NCBI GenBank assembly: GCA_964487375.1
Contig: CAZAQA010000009.1
Location: 47,747 to 111,746, forward strand
Direction: 5' to 3'
Origin: an uncultured Anaerolineae bacterium
Lineage (GTDB): Bacteria > Chloroflexota > Anaerolineae > JAADDB01
DNA length: 64,000 bases
In this document: in pieces, positions 1 to 9,642 of the stretch
How the letters are laid out: each line of letters starts with the position of its first letter
How positions within the stretch are numbered: the stretch's first letter is position 1
Made by a program: the position numbers and the translations under genes
The notes under the pieces: model-generated
Seen by the model: only the letters and a program-made list of their open reading frames with translations
Told to the model about the DNA's origin: nothing
The model's database searches: none

Positions 1-264
1 AATTATTGTACCACGAACTTTCAGTTTGTCAAGTATATGGTTGATATTATTAAGGTTCAGGTTGTATTTTTGTGGTCAGGGAGATCTTGGCACAAGAGTA
101 GAAGGGTAGAGGCTCCTGCAGGCTGATGGCCATCTGAGGAGCAGGAAAGAGCATGCGGTGCCGCAGAATTCAGGCCTGAAGAGAAGGTCGAGAGGGGATG
201 GGCAGCGCTGTATGGGGTCGACGTCCGCCGGAAACGTTCTACCCGTTCCTCAGTTCACCGTCCT

Positions 265-3200
265 TCATTTCACCACCTGATAAATCACTACACCCCTGTT
301 TCGGTACACCACTTTCAGCAGCCCTCGCTCCACCATGCGGTCGAAGCGGGTAATCGCAGCGGGTGGGTACTGCTGACGCTCCAATTGGCCCACGTAGACA
401 TAGTGGATGTCCACCTGACGGATGATGGCCATGGTACGATTGATGTCCGACGTGTTCCAGAACTCCAGGGCCAACTGCTGGCGCGGCCCCGTCTGCCAGC
501 CATAGCGCTGCTCCCCCATCTGGTGCAGCCCCATGAACGTGGGCAATCCCGTGAAGGAAGCCACCCGGGTGCCCCCTTCACGGTAGTAGTCCAGCCGGGC
601 TTCGGCAATGGGCACCACCCGGGGCTCGTGGTCGAGCAGCCAGCGGATGGCCTCGTAATCCCACTTGAGCACGATGCGGTGCTGGGGGTCGGGCCAGGTA
701 TAGACACCGTACTTCATGTAGGCCATGCCGTCCAGGGTGCCGAAAGGTGGGCGTTCGCTCAGCCCTTCGGGGAAGCGGTCCTCCACCCGGGCCACCGTGC
801 CCACGACCAGGAACGTGAGGGAGGCGACCAGAAGCACTGCGAACACCGTCTGCCAGACCGTCCGTACTGTGGGCTTCCAACGAGGTATCGCCTCCCAGAT
901 GCGGGAGAGCCCAACCGCGGCCGCGAGGGCCAGCATGACCCAGGCCTGGATGTAGAACTTGAAGAGGGTGTTCATGCGCTTGAAATCCCCTCCCTGGAGG
1001 TGGTCCTTCAAATAGACGAATTCCACGCCAAAGAGGACCAGGAGGGCGGTGAAGGCCAGGAAAGTGGCAAAAACCACGCCGGCAGGGGCGTTCATTCTCA
1101 GGCTCAGTACCGCGGCAATGAAGAGGGGGAGGAGAAGCACCGCGGGCACCCGGTAGCCAGCAAGCCACAGAAGAGGGGTGAGAATAGCGAAAACGATGCC
1201 AAGTTGATAGCCAAAACTTGACACCTGATACGAACGCTCTGCGCCAGGATGTCGGGCCCTGGAAAGGAGACGTTGGAGGCGCAGAAAACGGGGCAGCCGC
1301 TCGTAGTGAACGACAAGCGCCCGCAATCCGCGGGCCAGCGGCAACCGATCCCGCCGGGTCAACTCCACAGCCAGGAAGCTGAACGCCAGGAAGAGCCAGA
1401 ATCCCCAGATGTTCAGCCATTTGCCCAGGGAAGTCTTCTGCGGGGCCCAACCGACGCCCGAGGCCGCGATGGGTTTGTAGTGGCTGAAGAAAGGCCTATA
1501 GAGCAGATAAGCGCCCACCAGGATGAAGCCTACCTGGACGGCCCACAGCCCCCAACTTATTCGCTTTCGAGTCCGCCACTGGCGCAGGAAAAGAGCCACA
1601 GCCAGTACTCCCAGGTACGTGGGCAGGTCCCAAGTGTTGATGACGGCCAGTGCACCCAGCCCCAAGGGCAAGAGGGCAAACTGCACCAGTCCTGCCCAAA
1701 ATCCTTCGGTAAACCAGAAACGCCGTGCGCCTATGATGAGATTATAAGCCATCCCCAAAACGACGATCGTGAAGGGAATGCCCATCATGTGAGGGTGCAG
1801 GTCCGCGAAGAGGAAGGACCAGTACGGAAACTCGTTGATGGTGTAGGGAATGACGCGACTGGGAAGCCAGTAGTTGTACTTGGGCATCACGGCCTCATGG
1901 GCCAACACTTTGCTGAGTCCGACCAAAGCACGCACCCACGTCTGCAACCAGGGAAAGATGCTGCGGAAATCGGAACCGCTCACCTGGGCCAGATTGCGCA
2001 AAATGAGTCCCAGGCCGTCCAGGTTGCCGAAGAGGGCCACGAACGCGGCGCCGATGAGGCCCGCCCACCGTGCAGACCGGGGAGCCCAGTCGGAGACCAT
2101 ATCGTACACCAGAGCACACGCGGCCAACACGGTCAGCGCGAAGAGGGTGGGCACGGCCAGGTTGAACGCCACGGTGGGGGTGATGCCCGTCAATTTGATG
2201 AGCACGTTGACAATCTGGTAGCCCCAGTAGTAATAATTGATAGTCCCACCGGCAAAGTAAGGGTCATAGGGTGGAAAGTAAGGAGTGCGAACGGTCGCGT
2301 TCAGGAAGGCGATCTCCATGAACTTCTCGCCCCCGTTCCAGGGCTGCCACAGGTCCGGGTTCAACAAGCGAATGAAGACGAAGGCGAGATACGCGGCGGC
2401 AAACAGCCCTTCATAAAAGAGAAGGAGCCGCCTGTTCTGTTGGACGAAGGAGCGAAGTTTTTCCCAATGGCGTCGGGCCAGCCAAGCGTTCAGGAGCGTC
2501 ACGATGACCAGAACGGTCAAAACCAGGGGCAGGTCGTTCGTCCACAACCGCAAGGAGGGCACGATCCAGGCCAGGTAAGCGACAACCAGCAACCCGACGC
2601 CGCGCGCGAACGCGTAGCCCCGGTCCCGCAGGTTGGAGAATCCAAGGAAAGTCATGGGCCAGGCAACGAGTCCGATGAGCGTGACGACGAACCACCAGAG
2701 CACAATGGCGGGCCACGTGTGTTCGCTCGCCCAGCGATTCCAGCGCCACCAGCGGACCACCGGCATTTCATCAAAATTCACGTTGAGCAGCAGGGAAGGT
2801 CCCTTTTTCTCTTCTGGCGGCGGTGGGGGGGCGGACGTTTTTTGGCCCTTCCCGAGGGAAGGGAGCAACTTGAAGATGCGCTGCAACAAGGTGGCCCCCC
2901 CGACATCCCAGTGCTTGGCGCCCTTCCAGGTGCCACCCAGCAGTCGGTTCCATTCCTCGTCACTCAGGTCCCGCACTTTTTTGTAGATGAGCACCCGTGG
3001 GTGGTCGTAGACCCAGAAGCTCTCATCCGCTCTGTCATCGGGGAAGACGAAGGGCCCCAGTTGCGGGTAATTGTGCACGTCCAGTACGCGCACAAACCCC
3101 AGTTGTCCGGCAAAGAAGAGCCGGTAGAAGCGGGTGGTCATGGGGTAGCGTTGGGGCAAGCGCGGGATGGACTTGTACAGCCGGGCCGTGGCGAAGATGT

Positions 3201-4983
3201 AATAGTCGGCCTGACGCAAGTTGTGTTTGATCACCTCGAATTTCTTGGCCCTGTCCTCATCGTACATGGGCATCGTGACGTAACGATAGCGTCCCGGGTT
3301 GGCGTTGGGCTCGGGCAGGGGCAGGGGAAGTTGTCGATCCCAGTGCTCCACAGCCAAGCCGGCACCGTCGGGGATATGGGCGTAAATCCAACGGGAGGCG
3401 ACAATCCACGGATGTGTGTGGTCATATACCCCATGCACGAACGCCAGGGACCAGAAGATGGCGTGGGCGAGCACGACACCTGTCAGCAAACAGCCTGCCC
3501 AATACCTCATGCCTGAGATCCGATGCCTGAGATCCGATATCCTGTTATAGGCACCGGGTACAGGATATCGGGTGCCGGATATCGAAGACAGCAAGCCTAC
3601 GCCGAAGATAATGAGCGCGGGCACGATGGGCAAGGTGTAGCGCATGAACTTGGCCAGAAAGAGCCCGGTTGGGCCGAAGTAGAACACCACCCAGGCCAGA
3701 AGCATCCACTCGCCCGGCCACAGGCGACGGCGCGCAGCCTGCACGAAGGCCCAGGCCAATCCCAGCCATCCCAAGAGCCCCAACGCCCAACCCATGCCCC
3801 AGCGGATGGACTGGTTGATGTGATAGAGATATGGAATCGTGCCCCGGTACTGACGCGTGAAGGGGAAATCCGCGTCGCCCCGCACCATGGCTCCCTGTTC
3901 GACGAGAACCGCTTGCCTAAAGTTAGGCCAATCGAGGATGACATAGGGGGAGGTGAGGGCGAAGACGACGGCCGCGGTGCCAAAGGCCAGGATAAGGAGT
4001 TTGATGATGGAAAGAGGACGATAGGCGATAGACGATGGACCGGGGTGGCCCTGTCGTCCACCGTCCACCGTCCATCGTCTGTGCAGCAAATATGTCGCAA
4101 TGAGCGGCGCTACGATAATAGGCAAGGCGCTAAACTTGCTGGCGATGGCCAGGGCCATGCCCACGCCTGTGAGCACTGCGTCACGCGGGCGTCCCTCTTC
4201 GGCCATGCGCATGCCGCCGTACACGGCCAGCATGGTGAATGTGGTGGACATGGGATCCACGGCAAAAAAGTGGGCCAACTGTATTTGCGTCACGGTGAAG
4301 GTGGAAAGGGCCGCGGCCAGTAATCCCCACCATTTTTCGTACAGACGACGGGCAATCAGGTAGACCAGAAAGACGGTCAGGGTGTCACTCAGGGCCATGA
4401 GCAAGCGTCCCACGAACGCGAACCCGGGCGGGCTGGTGGCGGTGCGCAGCATCTGAACCGTCTCCGAGGAAGCGCCCAGGGCCTTGGCCGCGGGGGCCAG
4501 ATGTTTCGCTCCGTTGGCCGTTAGGACTAACAAATACAGGGGGAAGTGGCCGTAAGTATAGGAACGGCGACGGTTCGTGTTCACGTCCCAGAGCGGGTTC
4601 AAGGTGGACTTGTGGGGCTTGAGGATGTCGCTCAGATGCTCAGGCCAGTGGATGGTCGGCGCGTAAAAGGCCACCGTGGAAAGTTCGTCTGGATGGGCAA
4701 GCTGGCCTTCGTCCCACATGACATGGTACGTCCGCAGGTAGAGAGCAACGAGCAGCACCAAGAGGACGAGCACGGGGTGAAGTCGGTCGCGCCAGGCACG
4801 GCCGGAGAGCGGGATAGCCGGTTCCGGCGGGGTCGGGGGCGAATTCTGTCCCCGGGACGGAGCGAATCCAGACGCGTGTTCCTCGCCTTCGGCGATCTGC
4901 TGGGACTTCTCTGTGACCTGGGTCTCCATGATAAGCGTTGGCATCCTCAGATTAGTGAGAGTGAACCGGGCTTGACAAGCCAC
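265..4983 (-). CDS. Very large (about 1560-1572 aa) polytopic membrane protein, GT-C fold / glycosyltransferase family 39 (PMT/ArnT-like) or DUF2298-like
   Basis: Single uninterrupted 1572-aa ORF. Dozens of hydrophobic segments rich in W/Y/F/L. N-terminal region resembles PMT_2/ArnT-type GT-C modules (runs of TM helices with short D/E-containing loops). Internal proline/lysine-rich hydrophilic loop (PPPPPEEKKGP). Alternative starts are GTG 4983, ATG 4944 and ATG 4929. Antisense long ORFs on the + strand were judged high-GC artefacts. Confidence 0.7.
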   Translation of the reverse strand: MACQARFTLTNLRMPTLIMETQVTEKSQQIAEGEEHASGFAPSRGQNSPPTPPEPAIPLSGRAWRDRLHPVLVLLVLLVALYLRTYHVMWDEGQLAHPDELSTVAFYAPTIHWPEHLSDILKPHKSTLNPLWDVNTNRRRSYTYGHFPLYLLVLTANGAKHLAPAAKALGASSETVQMLRTATSPPGFAFVGRLLMALSDTLTVFLVYLIARRLYEKWWGLLAAALSTFTVTQIQLAHFFAVDPMSTTFTMLAVYGGMRMAEEGRPRDAVLTGVGMALAIASKFSALPIIVAPLIATYLLHRRWTVDGGRQGHPGPSSIAYRPLSIIKLLILAFGTAAVVFALTSPYVILDWPNFRQAVLVEQGAMVRGDADFPFTRQYRGTIPYLYHINQSIRWGMGWALGLLGWLGLAWAFVQAARRRLWPGEWMLLAWVVFYFGPTGLFLAKFMRYTLPIVPALIIFGVGLLSSISGTRYPVPGAYNRISDLRHRISGMRYWAGCLLTGVVLAHAIFWSLAFVHGVYDHTHPWIVASRWIYAHIPDGAGLAVEHWDRQLPLPLPEPNANPGRYRYVTMPMYDEDRAKKFEVIKHNLRQADYYIFATARLYKSIPRLPQRYPMTTRFYRLFFAGQLGFVRVLDVHNYPQLGPFVFPDDRADESFWVYDHPRVLIYKKVRDLSDEEWNRLLGGTWKGAKHWDVGGATLLQRIFKLLPSLGKGQKTSAPPPPPEEKKGPSLLLNVNFDEMPVVRWWRWNRWASEHTWPAIVLWWFVVTLIGLVAWPMTFLGFSNLRDRGYAFARGVGLLVVAYLAWIVPSLRLWTNDLPLVLTVLVIVTLLNAWLARRHWEKLRSFVQQNRRLLLFYEGLFAAAYLAFVFIRLLNPDLWQPWNGGEKFMEIAFLNATVRTPYFPPYDPYFAGGTINYYYWGYQIVNVLIKLTGITPTVAFNLAVPTLFALTVLAACALVYDMVSDWAPRSARWAGLIGAAFVALFGNLDGLGLILRNLAQVSGSDFRSIFPWLQTWVRALVGLSKVLAHEAVMPKYNYWLPSRVIPYTINEFPYWSFLFADLHPHMMGIPFTIVVLGMAYNLIIGARRFWFTEGFWAGLVQFALLPLGLGALAVINTWDLPTYLGVLAVALFLRQWRTRKRISWGLWAVQVGFILVGAYLLYRPFFSHYKPIAASGVGWAPQKTSLGKWLNIWGFWLFLAFSFLAVELTRRDRLPLARGLRALVVHYERLPRFLRLQRLLSRARHPGAERSYQVSSFGYQLGIVFAILTPLLWLAGYRVPAVLLLPLFIAAVLSLRMNAPAGVVFATFLAFTALLVLFGVEFVYLKDHLQGGDFKRMNTLFKFYIQAWVMLALAAAVGLSRIWEAIPRWKPTVRTVWQTVFAVLLVASLTFLVVGTVARVEDRFPEGLSERPPFGTLDGMAYMKYGVYTWPDPQHRIVLKWDYEAIRWLLDHEPRVVPIAEARLDYYREGGTRVASFTGLPTFMGLHQMGEQRYGWQTGPRQQLALEFWNTSDINRTMAIIRQVDIHYVYVGQLERQQYPPAAITRFDRMVERGLLKVVYRNRGVVIYQVVK

Positions 4984-5171
4984 TCAATCTGTCCCGGATT
5001 ATACTCGCAGGCGTCTATCCCGAAAAGGACGCGTGCGAAAGGGAGATCGAAAAAGCTCCTCAGATGACGCCGTACAGGCAACACTCGGGTCGACAACGGT
5101 AGCGCCGTCGCCGACCTGCCACCACTTTCAAATAAGGGAACGCTGAAAAGCCCCAGTAAGTTTCAGCGGGC

Positions 5172-5200
5172 TTGGCAACTCGTGGAAAGTAGACTAAAAT
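5172..5200 (+). promoter_or_regulatory. Putative sigma70-type promoter upstream of rseP (TTGGCA-N17-TAAAAT)
   Basis: TTGGCA at 5172-5177, 17-nt spacer, TAAAAT at 5195-5200, about 45 nt upstream of the rseP start codon. It lies in the divergent intergenic region between the giant membrane protein and rseP. Assigned by pattern only. Confidence 0.3.
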
Positions 5201-5248
5201 GGGGGGCAACCGGTAGTGTAGAGAGGATGTCAGTTCACGGAGGGACCT

Positions 5249-6283
5249 GTGTCGGTTCTGATCTATGTTGTTATCCTGGCTGTTTTGATTTTGCTGCATG
5301 AGTTCGGACACTTCTACGTCGCGCGGCGCAACGGCATCGCGGTCGAAGAGTTCGGACTGGGATTGCCCCCGAAGCTCCTCTCGCTGGGACGCTGGCGGGA
5401 GACGGAGTTCACGTTGAATCTGTTGCCCATCGGCGGGTTTGCCCGGATGCGAGGGGAAGAAGAGGACGCAGGTCCCGGCAGCTTTTGGAGTGCTCCGGCC
5501 GGGGCACGGGCAAAAGTGCTCCTGGCCGGCCCGTTGATGAATATCCTCGTGGCCATCCTGGCTCTGACCCTGGCTTACTTGCTCTTCGTGCCCCATGACG
5601 GCCTCTGGATTGTCAACGTCGCGCCCGGGTATCCCGCGACCAGCGCAGGACTGCGCTCTGGAGATGTGGTCCTGAGTATCGATGGCAAGGCTGTCACCTC
5701 CCGAACGGACTTCATCGCCATCGTGCGGGCCCACGCACATGAGCCCGTCGAGCTGATCGTCCGGCGCGGGGAAAAGCAATTGACCGTAAAGGTCCGGCCC
5801 AAGATTGACCCGCGAGACCAGGTTCCTCGTATCGGCGTGCTGTTGGCCGAACCCATCCCCCTGTGGGAAGCGCCTCTAGGAGCGATCACCGAACTGTGGC
5901 TTTTCACTTCTGCAATGATTCATCTCCCGGGTCAGCTCTTGCAAGGGAAATTGACGGCCGCGGAAGCCCGCCCCCTGGGACCGGTGGGAATTGGCCGACT
6001 CTTCGTGGGGGTCGTCAGCGAACAGCCGAACGCGTTCATGCGTTGGTTCACCGTCTTGCGCCTGAGTGCGATCATCAGTTTTGCTCTGGGCCTGACCAAC
6101 CTGTTGCCCATCCCCGCGCTGGACGGCGGCCGACTGGTCTTCGTACTCCTGGAGATTGTGCGACGCGGCAAACGGGTGAGTCCGCAGAAAGAAGGGCTGG
6201 TCCACCTGGTGGGCATGACCATCCTTCTGGTTCTGATGGTTGTGATCACCTACTACGACATCCGGTATCCGCTGGGAGTGTAA
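5249..6283 (+). CDS. rseP: RseP-like site-2 protease (peptidase M50, zinc metalloprotease with PDZ domain)
   Basis: HEXXH motif LHEFGHF in the first TM helix. Central PDZ-like segment (GYPATSAGLRSGDVVLSIDGKAV). C-terminal LDGG motif (PIPALDGGRLV). Four hydrophobic segments. GTG start at 5249. Confidence 0.85.
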   Translation: MSVLIYVVILAVLILLHEFGHFYVARRNGIAVEEFGLGLPPKLLSLGRWRETEFTLNLLPIGGFARMRGEEEDAGPGSFWSAPAGARAKVLLAGPLMNILVAILALTLAYLLFVPHDGLWIVNVAPGYPATSAGLRSGDVVLSIDGKAVTSRTDFIAIVRAHAHEPVELIVRRGEKQLTVKVRPKIDPRDQVPRIGVLLAEPIPLWEAPLGAITELWLFTSAMIHLPGQLLQGKLTAAEARPLGPVGIGRLFVGVVSEQPNAFMRWFTVLRLSAIISFALGLTNLLPIPALDGGRLVFVLLEIVRRGKRVSPQKEGLVHLVGMTILLVLMVVITYYDIRYPLGV

Positions 6284-6284
6284 C

Positions 6285-7106
6285 TTGATCGGCAGCCGCG
6301 ACCACACGCGTGGAATCCTCTCCCGCTTGCGGGGGCAAGCACCCTTTGCACGCTCCTCCTCCACGAGGAGATCCGCTCGTCCGGTGAGGAAAATTTGCCC
6401 TCGCTGTGGCGCTCCCGTCCCTCCGGGCGTGCCCGTGTGCCCGACGTGTGGCGCGGCGTTGCCGCTCCCCAGGCGATACGTGCGTTGCCGCTATTGCGGC
6501 TACAAGGCCGATGCCCGGTTGCGAGTCTGTCCCTCTTGCGGTCGCACCCTGCGCCCCCGCCCCTGGTATCGGAACCGACTGCTTTACCTGACCTTAGGAC
6601 TTCTCTTGCTCGTCAGCGGGATCGGCATCTCCTCGGACTGGCGCCCTCATTTGAATCCGCAGGCCTGGCTGACTCAGGCGCGCACCCGGGTGAACGCCTT
6701 GCTGCCCGAGATGACGCCCATCGCCCTGGTGATCATCCCTTCCCCTACGCCCACGTCCACCTTCACCCCAACGTATACGCCATCCCCCACCTTCACACAA
6801 ACCCCGACGCCAACCATCACCCCGACGCCGACGGTCACGCCCACGCCCACACCCTTGCCCCCGGCAACGAAGTACAAGGTTCAGCCGGGGGACACGCCCG
6901 CCACGATTGCCCGCCAGTTTGGCATCCCGCTGGAGGTCCTCCTGGCGGCCAACGACTTGACGACTAAGGATGTCATCCGCGTAGGACAGGAGTTGACCAT
7001 CCCCTTGCCCACCCCAACACCAAGCCCCAGTCCGACTCCGACCAGGCCGGCGCCGAACCTTCGAACGGCAACGCCGACGGCAACGGTGATGCCAACATCG
7101 GGATGA
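6285..7106 (+). CDS. Type II single-pass membrane protein: N-terminal double zinc-ribbon, one TM helix, Pro/Thr-rich linkers, C-terminal LysM domain
   Basis: N-terminus has CPRCG...CPTCG and CRYCG...CPSCG, four CxxC pairs forming two zinc ribbons. TM segment LLYLTLGLLLLVSGIGI. Two PT-rich low-complexity linkers. LysM signature YKVQPGDTPATIARQFGIPLEVLLAANDL...RVGQELTIP. The start is TTG at 6285, 1 nt after the rseP stop (coupled), or GTG at 6384. Confidence 0.65.
   Translation: MIGSRDHTRGILSRLRGQAPFARSSSTRRSARPVRKICPRCGAPVPPGVPVCPTCGAALPLPRRYVRCRYCGYKADARLRVCPSCGRTLRPRPWYRNRLLYLTLGLLLLVSGIGISSDWRPHLNPQAWLTQARTRVNALLPEMTPIALVIIPSPTPTSTFTPTYTPSPTFTQTPTPTITPTPTVTPTPTPLPPATKYKVQPGDTPATIARQFGIPLEVLLAANDLTTKDVIRVGQELTIPLPTPTPSPSPTPTRPAPNLRTATPTATVMPTSG
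6740..6865 (+). repeat. Pro/Thr-rich low-complexity coding repeat (PTPT/TPTP units), with a second block at about 7010-7085
   Basis: DNA shows reiterated ACGCCnACn/CCCACG units encoding PSPTPTSTFTPTYTPSPTFTQTPTPTITPTPTVTPTPTP. A second block encodes PLPTPTPSPSPTPTRP. Confidence 0.5.
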
Positions 7107-7265
7107 GTGCGGGATCCTCCCGGATAGCCCTGCATCGCCCTTGTTCCTCCCAACGAGCGTTATGAGGTATACTTGGAAGGCTATTGTTGTACGTCTGTGG
7201 GGTCACCGGGAACTCAAAAGCCCGGGATCGGGCCCCGGTGAAAGGCCCTTTTCCGCAGCAGGGAC

Positions 7266-8246
7266 ATGAGTGGAGGCAGTATGGTTGATGAGCAATTAGT
7301 CCATATTCTGTTGGAGATCGTCCGTGAAGGCCGGCTATGGCACCTGGCGCCGGCGGTCTCCTCTCCTGACAAACGGATGATGGAGGCGTTCCGGGAGGCG
7401 TGGGCACGCATCCATCCTGTGGAACGGCAAGAGGTGGTCAAATCCCTCGTTGAAGAGGCGGAAGAGCACATCGAGTACGATTTCTTCCCCATTCTCCGTT
7501 GGCTGCTGGGAGACGAGGACCCCGAGGTGCGCCAGACAGCCATCGAGGGATTGTGGGAAGACGAATCCCCTGCCCTCATCGGGCCTTTGCTCTACATCTT
7601 GGAACACGATCCAGAGCCACAAGTACGGGCCGCCGCGGCCACTGGCTTGGGACGCTTCGTCCTCTTGTACGAGTTGGAGGAAATTTCTACCCGTGAGATG
7701 ACCCCCGTCATCGAACGGCTGATCCAGAAAGTCAATGACAAGAATGAGGATATCGAGGTACAGCGCCGTTCGCTAGAGGCCATCTCGCCCCTGGGCGAAC
7801 CCCATATCCGGGACCTGATCGAGGCCGCGTACTATCATCCGGACCTGCGGATGCAGGCGAGTGCCTTATTCGCCATGGGGCGCAATCTGGCCGAACAGTG
7901 GGAACCCATGGTCCTGGCCGAGCTGGAAAGTCCCGAACCGGAGCTACGCTATGAGGCGGCGATTGCGGCCGGTGAGATGGAGCTGATCGACGCCCTTCCC
8001 AAACTGTCCCAAATCATCGCGTCGGACGAAAGCCTGCAGGTGCGCCTGGCGGCCATCGAAGCTCTGGGGAATATCGGCGGCCCGGAGTCTGAGCGCATCC
8101 TCCTGAGGCAACTGGACGCCCCTGAGGAGATCGTCGCCAAGACGGCCCAAGAGGCACTGGACGAACTTTACTTCATGGCCGGACAGGACGACTTCCCCCT
8201 CCTGTACCTCCCCGACGAAGAGGGCCCTGACATCCCCTGGGAGTGA
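7266..8246 (+). CDS. HEAT-repeat (PBS-lyase type) protein
   Basis: At least 6 repeats of the pattern D/E-x-VR-x-x-A-x-x-x-LG (EVRQTAIEGLWE, QVRAAAATGLGRF, LRYEAAIAAGEM, VRLAAIEALGNIG). Acidic C-terminus. Confidence 0.7.
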   Translation: MSGGSMVDEQLVHILLEIVREGRLWHLAPAVSSPDKRMMEAFREAWARIHPVERQEVVKSLVEEAEEHIEYDFFPILRWLLGDEDPEVRQTAIEGLWEDESPALIGPLLYILEHDPEPQVRAAAATGLGRFVLLYELEEISTREMTPVIERLIQKVNDKNEDIEVQRRSLEAISPLGEPHIRDLIEAAYYHPDLRMQASALFAMGRNLAEQWEPMVLAELESPEPELRYEAAIAAGEMELIDALPKLSQIIASDESLQVRLAAIEALGNIGGPESERILLRQLDAPEEIVAKTAQEALDELYFMAGQDDFPLLYLPDEEGPDIPWE

Positions 8247-8281
8247 ACTGCTGTGTGGCTGAGAACAGAGGAGGACACCCT

Positions 8282-8632
8282 ATGAACCTGCGACTTCGAC
8301 GTCTGGTACGCACACCTTTCTCGGAGCAGTTCGCACTTTACCGCCTGCGCGACGAAGACAGCGACGAAAACGGCAAGGGAAATACAAAGGGGGAACCCAT
8401 AACGGTGGGAAAAGTGGATATGCATTTCACCGATGAGGGGGTGTTCGGAACCTTGCTGCTCTGGGAGGACGGGATCAAAGACTGGGACGAGGAGACTTTG
8501 AACCAATTCATCCGAGACCTTATTGAGGACATGTGCGAACCCACCGGCATGCCCGACAGCTACATCATCGAGTTCTTTGCCCCGTCGGTGGACACATATC
8601 GCTTCTTCACCAACCTGGAGGAGGCGGACTAG
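8282..8632 (+). CDS. Small acidic hypothetical protein (116 aa)
   Basis: ORF downstream of and co-directional with the HEAT protein. Start trimmed to the ATG at 8282 after the HEAT stop. No recognisable motif. Confidence 0.45.
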   Translation: MNLRLRRLVRTPFSEQFALYRLRDEDSDENGKGNTKGEPITVGKVDMHFTDEGVFGTLLLWEDGIKDWDEETLNQFIRDLIEDMCEPTGMPDSYIIEFFAPSVDTYRFFTNLEEAD

Positions 8633-8637
8633 CCGGC

Positions 8638-9555
8638 GTGCTCTTCCTGACCGTCCTCTGGAACGTCGTCCTGCCCATCTTCCTGGTGGCAAGCCTGGGG
8701 ATCCTCCTTCAACGCAAGCTGGGATTGGAACCCCAGCCGCTCTCCCGGGCTGTGTTTTATGTGTTCTCGCCCTGTCTGGCGTTCAGCGGGCTTTACTCCC
8801 TGCACTTGAACGGGGATGGTATCGGCGACGCCCTCCTCCTGGCCTTCTCCATCAGCGCCTTCGCCCTCCTGGCGGGATTCATGGTCAGCCGTCTGGGGCA
8901 TTTTTCTCGTCTACACACCAGCGCCACCCTCCTGGTGCTTTTGAACAGCAACACGGGAAACTACGGCCTGCCTCTCAACCAGTTTGCGTTTGGCGCTGCC
9001 GGGTTCAACATCGCCATCCTTTATTTCGTCGTCAATTCCACGTTGGCCAACAGCGTGGGCGTGTACATTGCCTCAGCCGGCCGGGCCAGCCCCATGCAGG
9101 CGTTGCGCAATGTCAGCCGAACTCCCCTGGTGTACGCGACGGTCCTGGCGCTCATCTTCAACCGGCAAGGTTGGTCCGTTCCTGCTCCCATCTACAAAGC
9201 CATTTCTCTCAGCGCTCAGGCAGCCGTACCCGTGATGTTGATTATCCTGGGCATTCACCTGGGGCGGCTGGGCACCCACGTGCGCTGGCTACACACTCTC
9301 CCCGTCGTGATTCTGAAACTCACTTTAGCGCCTCTCCTGGCCTGGACGATCAGCGGCCTCCTGGGGATGAGTGGCGTCAGCCGGGCGGTGGGCATCGTCC
9401 AACTCTCCATGCCGACCGCGGTTATGAGTACCGTCCTCTCCACGGAATTCGACTGTGAGCCGGAGTACGTGGCTGAGGTGGTATTCGTCACCACCGTGGT
9501 TAGCATCCTGACCCTGACTGTGCTCGTCTCCTTGCTCAAATTGTACGTCGTATGA
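8638..9555 (+). CDS. AEC family transporter (auxin efflux carrier / malate permease-like)
   Basis: About 305 aa with roughly 10 TM segments and a two-half architecture. GTG start at 8638 preceded by GGAGGAGG (8618-8625), immediately after the upstream stop. The 5' part of the track ORF overlaps the previous gene in another frame and was discarded. Confidence 0.75.
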   Translation: MLFLTVLWNVVLPIFLVASLGILLQRKLGLEPQPLSRAVFYVFSPCLAFSGLYSLHLNGDGIGDALLLAFSISAFALLAGFMVSRLGHFSRLHTSATLLVLLNSNTGNYGLPLNQFAFGAAGFNIAILYFVVNSTLANSVGVYIASAGRASPMQALRNVSRTPLVYATVLALIFNRQGWSVPAPIYKAISLSAQAAVPVMLIILGIHLGRLGTHVRWLHTLPVVILKLTLAPLLAWTISGLLGMSGVSRAVGIVQLSMPTAVMSTVLSTEFDCEPEYVAEVVFVTTVVSILTLTVLVSLLKLYVV

Positions 9556-9642
9556 CCGTAGACACACAGACACCCGTCTAATTCCTAACTCGCCCTCTGG
9601 TCTGGGGACGACAGTTTGGTCGCTCAGCACGATGGGAGCATA

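Noticed and set aside
385-3516. Long + strand ORFs (278 aa and 755 aa) antisense to the giant membrane-protein gene
   Set aside because: These are typical high-GC antisense open frames. The proteins are low-complexity and Arg/Gly/Pro-rich with no motifs. The minus-strand ORF has clear membrane-protein periodicity and spans the whole interval.
5060-5779. 239-aa minus-strand ORF overlapping the rseP 5' end
   Set aside because: It is antisense to the well-supported M50 protease gene and its intergenic promoter region, has no motifs, and looks like a high-GC artefact.
8523-9458. 311-aa ORF in another frame overlapping the AEC transporter
   Set aside because: Arg/Pro-rich composition with no domain. 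The in-frame hydrophobic AEC reading is clearly the real gene.
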